A DNA stretch of 64,000 bases from Burkholderiales bacterium (GTDB lineage: Bacteria > Pseudomonadota > Gammaproteobacteria > Burkholderiales > SG8-41), in NCBI GenBank assembly GCA_030683105.1, contig JAUXMZ010000069.1, forward strand, positions 11,665 to 75,664. Reading direction: 5' to 3'. The notes under the pieces are model-generated. The model made no database searches. It saw only the letters and a program-made list of their open reading frames with translations, and was not told the origin of the DNA. Shown in pieces: positions 20,738 through 31,279 of the stretch. A program made the position numbers and the translations under genes. How positions within the stretch are numbered: position 1 is the first letter of the stretch; the number at the start of each line of letters is the position of its first letter.

Positions 20738-21778
20738 CTAAGGAAGCAGTGCAATCTGCCCCAGCCCCGTTGCTTCCGGCAGGCCGAACATGATGTTCAT
20801 ATTCTGTACCGCCTGCCCGGCCGCGCCCTTCACCAGATTGTCGATCACCGACAGCACAACGGCGGTATCACCATCCTGCGGCCGATGTACCGCAATGCGG
20901 CAGTGATTTGCTCCCCTTACCGAGCGCGTATCGGGGTGGCTGCCGGTGGGCATGACATCGACGAACGCCTCTTGTGCATACCGCTTTTCATAAATGGATT
21001 GCAGATCCACGGGACCGGTCAGCCGCGCATAAAGCGTGGCATGGATGCCCCGGATCATGGGCGTCAGATGCGGCACGAACACGAGCCGGACCGGGGCGGC
21101 GGCAACCTGTGTGAGGCCTTGCGTAATTTCGGGAAGATGGCGGTGTCCCGTCACGCCGTAGGCCTTGAAGTTGTCCGATGCTTCCGCAAACAGCGTGTGG
21201 ACTTCAGCCTTGCGGCCGGCGCCCGACACGCCGGATTTGGCGTCGGCGATCATGTGCCCGAGATCGACCATACCCGACTCGATGAGCGGCAGAAATCCGA
21301 GCTGCACAGCGGTCGGATAGCAGCCGGGATTGGCCACGAGGCGCGCGTCACGGATTTTCTCCCGGTTGATTTCAGGCAATCCGTAAACCGCCTCCGCGAC
21401 CAGTTCGGGGCAGGCGTGTTTCATGCCGTACCATTTTTCCCACAGCGCCACATCCTTGATGCGGAAATCGGCTGCGATATCAATAAGGCGCACTCCGGCA
21501 TCGTAAAGGGCGCGTGCTTCATTCATTGCCACGCCATTGGGCGTCGCAAAAAAAACTACATCACAGGCAGTGAGCGCAGCAGCGGAAGGCTCGGAAAATT
21601 TGAGCGACACCCTGCCACGCAGATTGGAAAACATCTCCGCGACGCCCATACCTGCTTCCTTGCGCGATGTAATCACGCGCATTTCGCAGTCCGGGTGCTG
21701 TGCCAGCAGGCGTAACAACTCGACACCGGTATAACCCGTGCCGCCCACGATACCGACTTTGATGGTTTTCTGTGTCAT
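20738..21778 (-). CDS. argC: N-acetyl-gamma-glutamyl-phosphate reductase
   Basis: [26 protein letters not shown]. Confidence 0.96.
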   Translation of the reverse strand: MTQKTIKVGIVGGTGYTGVELLRLLAQHPDCEMRVITSRKEAGMGVAEMFSNLRGRVSLKFSEPSAAALTACDVVFFATPNGVAMNEARALYDAGVRLIDIAADFRIKDVALWEKWYGMKHACPELVAEAVYGLPEINREKIRDARLVANPGCYPTAVQLGFLPLIESGMVDLGHMIADAKSGVSGAGRKAEVHTLFAEASDNFKAYGVTGHRHLPEITQGLTQVAAAPVRLVFVPHLTPMIRGIHATLYARLTGPVDLQSIYEKRYAQEAFVDVMPTGSHPDTRSVRGANHCRIAVHRPQDGDTAVVLSVIDNLVKGAAGQAVQNMNIMFGLPEATGLGQIALLP

Positions 21779-21864
21779 GTCGCCAACTCAAAAAAAACAC
21801 TGCCGAAAAACCGCAAATCAACCCGGCATGCTTCGCCTCAGGATGAATTATAGGCCCAGAAACG

Positions 21865-21892
21865 ACAAAGCCGCCCGCAGGCGGCTTTTGTT
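21865..21892 (-). terminator. Intrinsic terminator after rpsI
   Basis: aaagccgcc-cgca-ggcggcttt stem. Confidence 0.7.
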
Positions 21893-21905
21893 CCGGTCTC
21901 CGGAC

Positions 21906-22298
21906 TTAGCGTTTCGAGAACTGTTTGCGGCGACGTGCCTTGCGCAGACCGACCTTCTTGCGCTCGACTTCGCGTGCATCGCGCGTCACCAACCCGGCTT
22001 TCTTGAGCACCGGTTTCAGCGTTGCATCGTATTCGATCAGCGCGCGCGTGATGCCGTGGCGCACCGCGCCCGCCTGGCCCGACTCGCCGCCGCCATCGAC
22101 GTTGACATTGATGTCGAAGCTGGCCAGATTGTTGGTCAGATTGAGCGGCTGGCGCACGATCATGCGTCCAGTTTCACGCGAAAAGAATTCATCGACCGGC
22201 TTGCCGTTGACCACGATGCTGCCTTTGCCGGGCTTTAAATACACCCGGGCTACCGCGCTCTTGCGCCGGCCGGTTCCGTAATTGCTTTGCACTGCCAT
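21906..22298 (-). CDS. rpsI: 30S ribosomal protein S9
   Basis: GTGRRK...QFSKR. Confidence 0.98.
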   Translation of the reverse strand: MAVQSNYGTGRRKSAVARVYLKPGKGSIVVNGKPVDEFFSRETGRMIVRQPLNLTNNLASFDINVNVDGGGESGQAGAVRHGITRALIEYDATLKPVLKKAGLVTRDAREVERKKVGLRKARRRKQFSKR

Positions 22299-22307
22299 AG
22301 GTTTGCC

Positions 22308-22736
22308 TTAAATTTCCAGGGTTTGGGGTTGCTGCGCGGCATGCGGATGCGTGGTGCCGGCGTAAACCTTCATTTTGCGCAGCATCGCATAACCGAGCGG
22401 GCCTTTGGGCAGCATGCCCTTGACCGCTTTTTCCAGCACGCGGCTGGGGTGGCGCGCATGCAATTTCTCGAAGTTCGTTGAGTAGATGCCGCCAGGATAG
22501 CCGCTGTGACGATAATAAATCTTGTCTTTGGCCTTGTTGCCGGTCACGTGCAATTTATCGACATTGACCACCACGATATAATCGCCGGTGTCGACATGGG
22601 GCGTAAATTCAGGCTTGTGCTTGCCGCGCAGGCGATGCGCCAGTTCGGCCGCAAGCCGTCCCAGAACCTTGCCGGAAGCATCCACGATAAACCAGCCGTG
22701 TACGACTTCATGCGGCTTGGCGGAAAACGTCTTCAT
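22308..22736 (-). CDS. rplM: 50S ribosomal protein L13
   Basis: [25 protein letters not shown]. Confidence 0.98.
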   Translation of the reverse strand: MKTFSAKPHEVVHGWFIVDASGKVLGRLAAELAHRLRGKHKPEFTPHVDTGDYIVVVNVDKLHVTGNKAKDKIYYRHSGYPGGIYSTNFEKLHARHPSRVLEKAVKGMLPKGPLGYAMLRKMKVYAGTTHPHAAQQPQTLEI

Positions 22737-22886
22737 TGGAATTAATCCTGCTATGTTTAAGCGTTGTTGTAGTGAACCGCGAATTTTATTGCAAATCAGG
22801 CGCCTGTGTCAATCGGGGCGACCGCGGCATGATAGTGGCCACGCACCCAGAAGGCGTACAATACACATTATAAAACAGGGGGTTGC

Positions 22887-23645
22887 ATGGAATGGATGGT
22901 GACCAACGCGGTCGCACTGCTGATTCTCCCTCCAGGCATCCTGCTGCTGCTGTCCGCAATCGGCGCACTATTGGCGCTGCGCCACCCGCGTCTGGGCCGA
23001 AGTCTGGTGGGGCTGGCCATGATCGCGCTTTATGTGCTTTCGACGCAGTACGCCGCCGACCGACTGCTGCACACCCTTGAACCCGTGGCAAGCAATCCTC
23101 TGTCCGATCACACCACGCAGGCCATTGTGGTCCTGGGCGGTGGCACCTACTTCGCAGCGCCGGAATACGGCGCAGACACCGTCCAGTCGGAGGTGCTCCC
23201 ACGCCTGCGTTATGCCGCGCATCTGCATCGCGCCTCCAGAAAACCCATACTCGTAACCGGCGGCAACCCGGAAGGCAATTCAACTGCCGAAGCCGTACTG
23301 ATGAAACGCGTGCTTACTCAGGACTTTCAGGTGCCCGTCTTGTGGGTCGAGGACAAATCGGACAACACGCTGCAGAACGCGCGCATGAGCCGGCTGATGC
23401 TCGAGGCTGCCGGGATCCGCCGCGTGCTTCTGGTCACGCACGCCTGGCATATGCCGCGGGCCAAGCTCGCGTTCGAACATGCGGGATTCAGCGTAGTGCC
23501 GGCCGCGACGGGATTTGCAACGAGTTACCAACTGACCCTGTTGCAATTCCTGCCGAGCGCTGGTGCCTTGCGCGACAGCAGCCGGTTTTTTCACGAGGTT
23601 ATCGGGATGGTGTGGTATCGGCTAAAATTCGCGGCCGGGCGGTAG
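22887..23645 (+). CDS. YdcF/ElyC (DUF218) family protein
   Basis: IVVLGGG, VTGG, SDNTLQNA, LVTHAWHMPRA. Confidence 0.88.
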   Translation: MEWMVTNAVALLILPPGILLLLSAIGALLALRHPRLGRSLVGLAMIALYVLSTQYAADRLLHTLEPVASNPLSDHTTQAIVVLGGGTYFAAPEYGADTVQSEVLPRLRYAAHLHRASRKPILVTGGNPEGNSTAEAVLMKRVLTQDFQVPVLWVEDKSDNTLQNARMSRLMLEAAGIRRVLLVTHAWHMPRAKLAFEHAGFSVVPAATGFATSYQLTLLQFLPSAGALRDSSRFFHEVIGMVWYRLKFAAGR

Positions 23646-23711
23646 TCGCTGTGATTGGATCCAAGCGCGCCGGCGTGATCCGCCACAACCGCATCAACGT
23701 AAAGGACGCCC

Positions 23712-24128
23712 ATGAAAGTTCGCATCAAGTTGCATGAAAATGTGTGTTTCATCGCGGAGTCCGAAAGCGGTCACGCCATCGTCATGGACGGCGCGCCGGA
23801 GGGCGGCGGCCGCAACCTGGGGCCGCGGCCCATGGAGACCGTGCTCATGGGCACCGGCGGCTGCACCGCCTATGACGTGATGCATATCCTGCGCAAGGCG
23901 CGGGCCCCGGTCACCGATTGCGTGCTAGAAATCGACGCGGACCGCGCGGCAGAAGACCCGAAAGTCTTTACCAGGATACATTTTCATTTTGTCGTCACGG
24001 GCAGGGGGCTGAAAGCCCAACAGGTCGAGCGCGCAGTTCATCTGTCGGCGGAGAAGTACTGCTCGGCATCGATCATGCTCGGCAAAACCGCCGCCATCAC
24101 GCACGACTTCGAGATCCGGGAAACCTAG
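23712..24128 (+). CDS. OsmC family protein (YhfA-like)
   Basis: GPRPME, GGCTAYDV, EKYCSAS. Confidence 0.92.
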   Translation: MKVRIKLHENVCFIAESESGHAIVMDGAPEGGGRNLGPRPMETVLMGTGGCTAYDVMHILRKARAPVTDCVLEIDADRAAEDPKVFTRIHFHFVVTGRGLKAQQVERAVHLSAEKYCSASIMLGKTAAITHDFEIRET

Positions 24129-24137
24129 GGAACCTTG

Positions 24138-24330
24138 GCCACAGAGAGCACAGAGGACACAGAGATAAAAGAACAGTAAAAAATCTGTCGATCTCGAAAC
24201 CCGCTTCCCTTACGCGCTGCCAAACATCGAGCGCGCTTGAGCAAAAAAACCTTAAGACAGAACACACCAAAATTGAAAACACAACAGAGTTACTCTGCCT
24301 CTCCTCTGTGATCTCTGTGTCCTCTGTGGC
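24138..24330. repeat. Gene-less element with inverted nonamer tandem-repeat arms
   Basis: Left gccacagagagcacagaggacacagaga; right ctctgtgatctctgtgtcctctgtggc; same arms as around the GxxExxY gene. Confidence 0.88.
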
Positions 24331-24345
24331 TTTGTTTTTTGGGTC

Positions 24346-24972
24346 TTAGATCCAGAACGCAGTCTGCGTCATCACTTTCGACGACAGGCGCATCGCCAGT
24401 TTCGCCGGTGGCGGCAATTCCGCTGCACCATGCTGAAGTGCGCTGGTGGCGTGGCGGGCCTCGTCCGTTTTCATCTGCATCAGGATCGCGCGGCTTTTCT
24501 GATCTTCTTCCGGCAACGCCTGCAGATGCCCTTCCAGGTGTTCGACCACTTGTCTTTCAGTTTCGGCCAGAAACCCGAGGTTCCATTTGTCGCCGAGCAG
24601 GCCCGATACCGCGCCGATGGCGAACGAACCGGCATACCACAACGGGTTGAGCACGCTTTTGCGTCCACCCAGTTCCTCGATGCGGCGTTCGGTCCAGGCC
24701 AGATGTTCGGTTTCCTCCTGCGCCGCCTGCTCCAGCGCCTGCCTCGCCGCCGAATCGCGCGCAGTCAGCGCCTGACCGTGATACAGGGCCTGGGCGCAGA
24801 TCTCACCGGTGTGGTTGACGCGCATCAGCGCCGACACCTGTTCGCACTGGGATGCAGACAGTTCAGCCTCTGGCAAATCCTCGCCGGGTATGCGCCGCAG
24901 CGACTGCGCCGGCGCGAACAGCGTGCGCAGGCCTTTGTCGAAGCCGACGATCAGCCGATCAATATCAATCAT
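24346..24972 (-). CDS. coq7: Demethoxyubiquinone hydroxylase
   Basis: [25 protein letters not shown] di-iron motifs. Confidence 0.95.
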   Translation of the reverse strand: MIDIDRLIVGFDKGLRTLFAPAQSLRRIPGEDLPEAELSASQCEQVSALMRVNHTGEICAQALYHGQALTARDSAARQALEQAAQEETEHLAWTERRIEELGGRKSVLNPLWYAGSFAIGAVSGLLGDKWNLGFLAETERQVVEHLEGHLQALPEEDQKSRAILMQMKTDEARHATSALQHGAAELPPPAKLAMRLSSKVMTQTAFWI

Positions 24973-25025
24973 GCGTCCAGTATAGCGCCGTCCAGGATTT
25001 TGTCAGTCATAGTTCCGACAAAATC

Positions 25026-25841
25026 CTAAATGGGACCCAGTCCGGCAGGCTGCTTTCCGAACAGGCGCTCGAGTTCAATGCCGGGCTCGGTTGCACGCAT
25101 GAACGCTTCGCCGACCAGAAAGCAGTTCACCCGGTTTTCCCGCATGATTTTGACGTCTTCCGGCTGGAGTATTCCGCTCTCGGTGACCACCAGGCGATCC
25201 TGAGGAACGCGTGCAAGAAGATCCAGCGTCGTGGCTAGCCGCGTCTCGAACGTGCGCAAATTGCGGTTATTGATGCCGATGAGCGGCGTCTTGAGGCGCA
25301 ACGCCTGTTCGAGCTCGCCGCCGTCGTGAACCTCGACCAGCACGCCCAGCCCCAGCTCGCGTGCAATCGCTTCAAGTGCCTGCATGCGCTCCAGCTCGAG
25401 TGCGGCCACGATCAGCAGTATGCAGTCCGCCCCCGCCGCGCGCGACTCGTAAATCTGGTACGGCTCGACCATGAAATCCTTGCGCAGCACGGGCAAGCGG
25501 CAGGCGCCGCGCGCATCCTGCAAGTCATTGATTTTGCCTGAGAAAAATTGCCCGTCGGTGAGCACGGACAGGCATGCCGCGCCATGCTGCTCGTAGCTGC
25601 GCGCGATCGATGCCGGCTCGAACTCCTCGCGCAGCACCCCTTTGCTCGGACTGGCTTTCTTGATTTCGGCAATCACCGCGGGCAAACCTGCCGCCACTTT
25701 CGCGCGCAAACTGCCGACGAAATCGCGCGCCGGGGATGCGGCCCTGGCTTCCGCCTGCACCGCCGCCAGCGTTTTGCCGGCTTTGGCGCGCGCCACTTCT
25801 TCCGCCTTGACGGCGAGTATGCGTTTCAGGATGTCAGCCAT
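25026..25841 (-). CDS. trpC: Indole-3-glycerol phosphate synthase
   Basis: [28 protein letters not shown]. Confidence 0.96.
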   Translation of the reverse strand: MADILKRILAVKAEEVARAKAGKTLAAVQAEARAASPARDFVGSLRAKVAAGLPAVIAEIKKASPSKGVLREEFEPASIARSYEQHGAACLSVLTDGQFFSGKINDLQDARGACRLPVLRKDFMVEPYQIYESRAAGADCILLIVAALELERMQALEAIARELGLGVLVEVHDGGELEQALRLKTPLIGINNRNLRTFETRLATTLDLLARVPQDRLVVTESGILQPEDVKIMRENRVNCFLVGEAFMRATEPGIELERLFGKQPAGLGPI

Positions 25842-25859
25842 AAAAACTAACCATTGTTC

Positions 25860-26879
25860 TTATACGCTACGCGTGAAAGCAACGAACTGATCGAGCTTGC
25901 TGCGCGCCGCACCGCTCGCAATTGTTGCCAGTGCCTGCTTGACGCCGTCAGCAAGCGTTCCCGCCAGTCCGGCAATGTAGATACTGGCGCCGGCATTGAA
26001 AGCCACGATGTCACGCGCCGCACCGTCCTGGTTTTCCAGCGCCGCCAAGACCATGGCCTTGGACTGCTCGACGCCATCGACGCGGATCGCGGCGTTGTCA
26101 TGGGTCTTGAGACCGACGGCGGCGGGCTGAATCACATATTCGCGCACTTCGCCGTCTTTGAGTTCGCCGACCAGTGTCGGGCCCGCGATCGAAATCTCGT
26201 CCAGCCCTTCCTGGCCGTGAACGATCATCACGCGCCGGCTGCCGAGCCGCTGCAGCACGTGCGCCTGAATGCCAACCAGGTCGGGATGGAACACGCCCAT
26301 CAGCTGCTGCCGCGCGCCGGCCGGATTGGTGAGCGGGCCGAGGATGTTGAACAGCGTCTTGACCCCCAGCTCCTTGCGCACGGGCGCCGCATGCTTCATT
26401 GCGCTGTGATGGTTAGGCGCGAACATGAAGCCGACGCCCACTTCGGAAATGGATTTCGCGACCCGCTCCGGCGTCAGACTGATGTTGGCGCCGAAAGCCT
26501 CGAGCAGGTCGGCGCTGCCCGATTTGCTAGAGACCGAGCGCCCGCCGTGCTTGGCGACCTTGGCGCCCGCCGCCGCGGCAACGAACATCGCCGCGGTCGA
26601 AATGTTGAACGTGTGCGCAGCATCGCCGCCGGTGCCGCAGGTATCCACGAGATGCGGCTCGTCGGGAACCGGCACCTTGGTCGAGAACTCGCGCATCACC
26701 TCCGCCGCCGCGGAGATTTCGCCTATGGTTTCCTTTTTCACGCGCAGTCCGGTGATGATCGCCGCGATCAGCAGCGGCGACATCTCGCCGCTCATGATCT
26801 GGCGCATCAGCGACAGCATTTCCTCGCGGAAGATTTCGCGGTGTTCGATGATGCGCGTCAGCGCGTCCTGGGGTTTCAT
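25860..26879 (-). CDS. trpD: Anthranilate phosphoribosyltransferase
   Basis: [28 protein letters not shown]. Confidence 0.96.
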   Translation of the reverse strand: MKPQDALTRIIEHREIFREEMLSLMRQIMSGEMSPLLIAAIITGLRVKKETIGEISAAAEVMREFSTKVPVPDEPHLVDTCGTGGDAAHTFNISTAAMFVAAAAGAKVAKHGGRSVSSKSGSADLLEAFGANISLTPERVAKSISEVGVGFMFAPNHHSAMKHAAPVRKELGVKTLFNILGPLTNPAGARQQLMGVFHPDLVGIQAHVLQRLGSRRVMIVHGQEGLDEISIAGPTLVGELKDGEVREYVIQPAAVGLKTHDNAAIRVDGVEQSKAMVLAALENQDGAARDIVAFNAGASIYIAGLAGTLADGVKQALATIASGAARSKLDQFVAFTRSV

Positions 26880-26904
26880 ATTGCCTCCGTCGCACACGTG
26901 TTTA

Positions 26905-27486
26905 TCATCGAGATAGGTTCCTTTTCTCCTCCAGAAAATTCTGCAACAGCTTGTGCCCGTGCTCGGTCAGGATGGACTCCGGATGAAACTGCACGCCTTC
27001 GACCGCAAGCGTCTTGTGGCGCACGCCCATGATCTCGCCGTCGTCGGTCCAGGCAGTGATATCCAGGCATTCCGGCAGGCTCTCGCGCTCTATCACCAGC
27101 GAATGATAGCGGGTCGCCTGGAACGGATCGGGCAGGCCCTTGAACATACCGGTATCGATGTGCCGGATCGCCGACGTCTTGCCGTGCATCAGCTGCCTGG
27201 CATGCACGATTTTTCCGCCAAACGCCTGGCCTATGCTCTGGTGCCCCAGACACACGCCGAGGATGGGAATTTCGCCGGCAAAGCGCTTGATCAGCGGCAC
27301 CGATACGCCCGCCTCGTTGGGCGTGCATGGCCCGGGCGAGACCACGATGCGCGCGGGCTTGAGCCGCGCCACCTCGTCGATCGTGATCTCGTCGTTGCGG
27401 TAGACCACCACCTCTTCGCCCAACTCGCCGAAATACTGCACCAGGTTGTAGGTGAAGGAATCGTAGTTGTCGATCATCAGTAACAT
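26905..27486 (-). CDS. trpG: Anthranilate synthase component II
   Basis: [28 protein letters not shown]. Confidence 0.96.
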   Translation of the reverse strand: MLLMIDNYDSFTYNLVQYFGELGEEVVVYRNDEITIDEVARLKPARIVVSPGPCTPNEAGVSVPLIKRFAGEIPILGVCLGHQSIGQAFGGKIVHARQLMHGKTSAIRHIDTGMFKGLPDPFQATRYHSLVIERESLPECLDITAWTDDGEIMGVRHKTLAVEGVQFHPESILTEHGHKLLQNFLEEKRNLSR

Positions 27487-27496
27487 GGCATCACCC

Positions 27497-28972
27497 TCAA
27501 TCGAGTCTGGTATCGAGCCCGGACTCGGCCATTTCCGCGGCACGCAGCAGCGCCTTTGCCTTGTTCTGGGTTTCCTGCCATTCGGCCTCAGGCTCGGAGT
27601 CCGCGACGATGCCGCCTCCCGCCTGGACATGCAGCATGCCGTCCTTGACCACCGCGGTGCGCAGCGCGATGGCCACATCCATGTTGCCGTGAAAGCCGAG
27701 GTAGCCGACCGCGCCGGCGTAAACGCCGCGCTTGACTGGCTCCAGCTCGTCGATGATTTCCATCGCCCGCACCTTGGGTGCGCCGGAGACCGTGCCGGCG
27801 GGAAATGTCGCGCGCAGCACATCGATCGCAGCAAGCCCGGGTTTGAGTTTCGCCTCGACGTTGGACACGATGTGCATGACATGGGAATAGCGCTCGATCA
27901 CCATCTGCTCGGTGACCTGCACCGTGCCGGTCTGCGCCACGCGCCCGGCATCGTTGCGGCCCAGATCGACCAGCATGATATGTTCGGCACGCTCCTTGGC
28001 ATCGGCCAGCAGTTCGTCGGCGAGTGCTGCGTCTTCCTCCGGTGTTGCGCCGCGCCGGCGCGTGCCGGCGATTGGCCGCACCGTGACCATGTCGCCTTCG
28101 AGCCGGACCAGGATTTCGGGTGAAGCGCCGACCACGTGAAAATCGGAAAAATCGAAATAAAACATGTACGGCGACGGGTTAAGCGTGCGCAGTGCCCGGT
28201 ACAACGCCAGCGGGGTCGCATGAAACCGCTTGGACATGCGCTGGGACGGCACCACCTGCATGATGTCGCCGTCGTAAATGTATTTTTTGGCACGCTCGAC
28301 CGCCGCATGATAAGACTGCTGGCCGAAACCCGACACCGCCGGCTCTGACGCCACAACCGTGTTCCCGGGTATGGCTACGGGCTCGCGCAGCTTCCCCAGC
28401 AGTTCGCTCAGCCGGCGTTTGGCCGCCTGATAGGCGCCGGCACGGCCAGGCTCGGCGTACACCACCAGCGACAGCTTGCCCGACAGGTTGTCGACTATGG
28501 CGATCTCTTCGGAAACCAGCAGCAGAATGTCCGGCACGCCCAGCGGATCGGGCTTGTTCGAACGGGCCAGCCGCTTTTCGATATAGCGCACCGTGTCATA
28601 ACCGAAGTAACCGACCAGACCGCCGCAGAATATGGGCAGCCGCGCATCCTGGGCCACCTTGAAACGTTTGAGGTAAGCATCGACGAATGCAAGCGGATCG
28701 GCCATGTTCGCGCGGCTGATGATCTGATCGCCATCGAGCTCGGTGCACTCCTCGCCGCGCACCTCGATGCGCTTTGTCGCAGCCAGACCGATGAACGAAT
28801 AACGACCAAACCGCTCGCCGCCGACCACCGATTCGAGCAAGTACGAATAAGGCCGGTTGGCCAGCTTGAGATAGATGGAAAGCGGGGTATCCAGATCCGC
28901 AAACGTGTCGAGCACCAGCGGGATGCGGTTGAAGCCCGCTTGCGCGAGCCGGTTGAATTCAGCTTCAGTCAT
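27497..28972 (-). CDS. trpE: Anthranilate synthase component I
   Basis: [32 protein letters not shown]. Confidence 0.96.
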   Translation of the reverse strand: MTEAEFNRLAQAGFNRIPLVLDTFADLDTPLSIYLKLANRPYSYLLESVVGGERFGRYSFIGLAATKRIEVRGEECTELDGDQIISRANMADPLAFVDAYLKRFKVAQDARLPIFCGGLVGYFGYDTVRYIEKRLARSNKPDPLGVPDILLLVSEEIAIVDNLSGKLSLVVYAEPGRAGAYQAAKRRLSELLGKLREPVAIPGNTVVASEPAVSGFGQQSYHAAVERAKKYIYDGDIMQVVPSQRMSKRFHATPLALYRALRTLNPSPYMFYFDFSDFHVVGASPEILVRLEGDMVTVRPIAGTRRRGATPEEDAALADELLADAKERAEHIMLVDLGRNDAGRVAQTGTVQVTEQMVIERYSHVMHIVSNVEAKLKPGLAAIDVLRATFPAGTVSGAPKVRAMEIIDELEPVKRGVYAGAVGYLGFHGNMDVAIALRTAVVKDGMLHVQAGGGIVADSEPEAEWQETQNKAKALLRAAEMAESGLDTRLD

Positions 28973-29031
28973 GACTCACTCCACGAAACAGCATGCTACG
29001 GAAACGGCGCAAGGGTGCGCCCACGGACGAA

Positions 29032-29106
29032 TTACCGAGGCCCGGGACGCCAATGGCCCCAAGCGAAATTTGTCCGTTTCCGTGTTCCGTAATCCGCAGA
29101 GTACAT
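29032..29106 (-). CDS. Putative trp leader peptide MYSADYGTRKRTNFAWGHWRPGPR
   Basis: 24-aa ORF with two Trp codons ending 60 nt upstream of trpE; complementary segments downstream. Confidence 0.55.
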   Translation of the reverse strand: MYSADYGTRKRTNFAWGHWRPGPR

Positions 29107-29112
29107 TGCCAA

Positions 29113-29793
29113 TTAAACCTTTTGAATCAAGCGGGTGGCGTCAAGAAGCGACGCTACTATAGCATCAATGTCGAGCTCGCGCACATCCCGCCCCTCGTTA
29201 TAGCCGTAGGGAACGCAAAATACCGGGCAGCCTGCTGCGCGCGCCGCCTGCGCATCGTTGAGCGAATCGCCGATCATCAGCATCTCGCGCGGCGCAATGC
29301 CGAACTTTTCACAGGTATGCGTGAGCGGCAGCGGATCGGGTTTCTTGCGCGGCAGGCTGTCCCCCGCCACCACCTCGGAAAAATAGGATGCCAGCTGCAT
29401 GCGCGCGAGCAACGGCAACGTGAAGCTGCCGGCTTTGTTGGTCACACATGCCAGCGGGAATCCCTGTTCGCGCAGCCGGTCCAGCCCTTCTTTCACGCCG
29501 GGATATATCGTAGTTCGGCTGCCATTCACTTCGGCATAAAACCGCTCGAAAACCGGCAACGCCCGCTCGAACAGCGCCGGTTCTACCGCGCCGGTCAGCG
29601 CTCCGGCGAGGGACCGCTCAACCAGGTTGGGTATGCCTTTGCCGACGAAGGTCCGGATCAGGTCCTCATCAAGCGCGGGCCGGCCGAGATCCTCCAGCAT
29701 CAGGTTCGCTGCCGCTGCCAAATCGGGAATGGTGTCGAGCAGCGTGCCGTCGAGATCGATCATCACGGCTTTGACGCGCAGCGGAAATTGCAA
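29113..29793 (-). CDS. gph: Phosphoglycolate phosphatase
   Basis: HAD motifs DLDGTL, KKPDP, MIGDS; rpe-gph-trpE order; TTG start inferred. Confidence 0.93.
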   Translation of the reverse strand: MQFPLRVKAVMIDLDGTLLDTIPDLAAAANLMLEDLGRPALDEDLIRTFVGKGIPNLVERSLAGALTGAVEPALFERALPVFERFYAEVNGSRTTIYPGVKEGLDRLREQGFPLACVTNKAGSFTLPLLARMQLASYFSEVVAGDSLPRKKPDPLPLTHTCEKFGIAPREMLMIGDSLNDAQAARAAGCPVFCVPYGYNEGRDVRELDIDAIVASLLDATRLIQKV

Positions 29794-29795
29794 AC

Positions 29796-30464
29796 TCAAT
29801 TTTTTACTTTGCCCAGCTCGGCGCGCATCTTCGTTATCGTCGCCTTGTAGTCGCCACTGCCGAAGATCGCCGACCCGGCAACGAAGGTGTCGGCGCCGGC
29901 ACGCGCGATTTCGGCGATATTGTCGACCTTGACCCCGCCGTCGATTTCCAGCCAGATATCGCGGCCCGAAGCGGCGATTCTGCTGCGCACCGCGCGCAGC
30001 TTGTCGAGCGCTTCGGGAATGAATTTCTGCCCGCCGAAGCCGGGATTGACCGACATGATCAGCACCAGGTCGATTTTGTCGAGCACGTGGTCCAGGTAAG
30101 TCAGCGGCGTTGCCGGATTGAACACCAGCCCCGCCTTGCAACCCAGCTCCCGGATGAGCCCGAGAGTGCGGTCTATATGCTCGGATGCTTCCGGATGGAA
30201 AGAAATGATGTTGGCGCCGGCCCTGGCAAAATCCGGAATGATGCGATCGACCGGTTTTACCATCAGATGCACGTCGATCAGCGCTTTGGTCAGCGGGCGT
30301 ATCGCCTCACAGACCAGGGGCCCGATCGTCAGATTGGGCACGTAGTGATTGTCCATCACATCGAAGTGCACGAGATCGGCGCCGGCATCGATGACGCCCG
30401 TGACTTCATCGCCGAGTCTGGCAAAATCGGCGGAAAGTATGCTCGGTGCAATTCGGTAGGTCAT
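29796..30464 (-). CDS. rpe: Ribulose-phosphate 3-epimerase
   Basis: [30 protein letters not shown]. Confidence 0.97.
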   Translation of the reverse strand: MTYRIAPSILSADFARLGDEVTGVIDAGADLVHFDVMDNHYVPNLTIGPLVCEAIRPLTKALIDVHLMVKPVDRIIPDFARAGANIISFHPEASEHIDRTLGLIRELGCKAGLVFNPATPLTYLDHVLDKIDLVLIMSVNPGFGGQKFIPEALDKLRAVRSRIAASGRDIWLEIDGGVKVDNIAEIARAGADTFVAGSAIFGSGDYKATITKMRAELGKVKN

Positions 30465-30574
30465 GTGCATGGAAACATCAACGTGGATCCGGGCATTGTA
30501 CCTGCTAACAGGCGCCGCAGACTAGCACGGAATGGCGACTTGCTTACGGTCAAAAAATGGTGTGCAATAGGCCC

Positions 30575-30955
30575 ATGATAGAAAAGAAACATGACGTCAC
30601 GGTTACGACGCGCACCGCATTCATTCCCGACCAGTCCGACGCCGGGAGCGAGCGCTACGTGTTTGCCTACACCATCACCATCACCAACAGCGGCAGTGTC
30701 CCGGTGCAACTGATCAGCCGGCACTGGATCATTACTGATGCCAACAATCAGGTGCAGGAAGTGAAGGGGCTGGGCGTGGTTGGCGAGCAGCCCTATCTGC
30801 GGCCCGATGAGAGCTTCGAATATACCAGCGGCACCGCGATGGCCACCCCGGTCGGCACCATGCGCGGCAGTTACCAGATGATGGCGGAAGGCGGCGTGCC
30901 ATTCGACGCGCCCATCCCGGAATTCACGCTGTCGATGCCGCGCGTGCTGCACTAA
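30575..30955 (+). CDS. apaG: ApaG protein
   Basis: LISRHWII, GLGVVGEQP, GTMRGSY. Confidence 0.95.
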   Translation: MIEKKHDVTVTTRTAFIPDQSDAGSERYVFAYTITITNSGSVPVQLISRHWIITDANNQVQEVKGLGVVGEQPYLRPDESFEYTSGTAMATPVGTMRGSYQMMAEGGVPFDAPIPEFTLSMPRVLH

Positions 30956-30959
30956 GTGC

Positions 30960-31059
30960 AGTTTTAAATGTTGAGTTTTGAGTGCTGAGTTATTTTCTTC
31001 CCGCGGCGCATGCGCCTGCAAACTTCAAACTCAACACTCAGCACTCAGCACTCAGCACT
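30960..31059. repeat. Inverted heptamer tandem-repeat element (AGTGCTG / CACTCAG)
   Basis: Left agtttta aatgttg agttttg agtgctg agt; right aactcaa cactcag x3. Confidence 0.8.
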
Positions 31060-31122
31060 GCGGGAATGCCCAGCCACACCCTCATCGCGCCATTTTATGA
31101 CCCGGTTGCACGCCGCGCTGGA

Positions 31123-31242
31123 TCAGTCCCCTTCGTCGCGTTTATCTTCAGTCTTCTTGCGCGGCCAGGTCCACCACACGATAAAGATGAGCAGCAGCAG
31201 CGCAATGCCGGCTTCGAGCAATAACCAGAGCAGTGATTCCAT
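31123..31242 (-). CDS. Small single-pass membrane protein (39 aa)
   Basis: MESLLWLLLEAGIALLLLIFIVWWTWPRKKTEDKRDEGD: hydrophobic helix followed by charged tail. Confidence 0.55.
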   Translation of the reverse strand: MESLLWLLLEAGIALLLLIFIVWWTWPRKKTEDKRDEGD

Positions 31243-31279
31243 GATAATTAGCGGCGGTACGCTTCGCGTCGTAGGCGGG

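Noticed and set aside
24138-24330. Nonamer and heptamer arrays as CRISPR repeats
   Set aside because: No constant 23-47 bp repeats with unique spacers and no cas genes
31010-31279. Long N-terminal extension of MltA
   Set aside because: Runs through a heptamer repeat and an antisense small ORF; the lipobox indicates a later start
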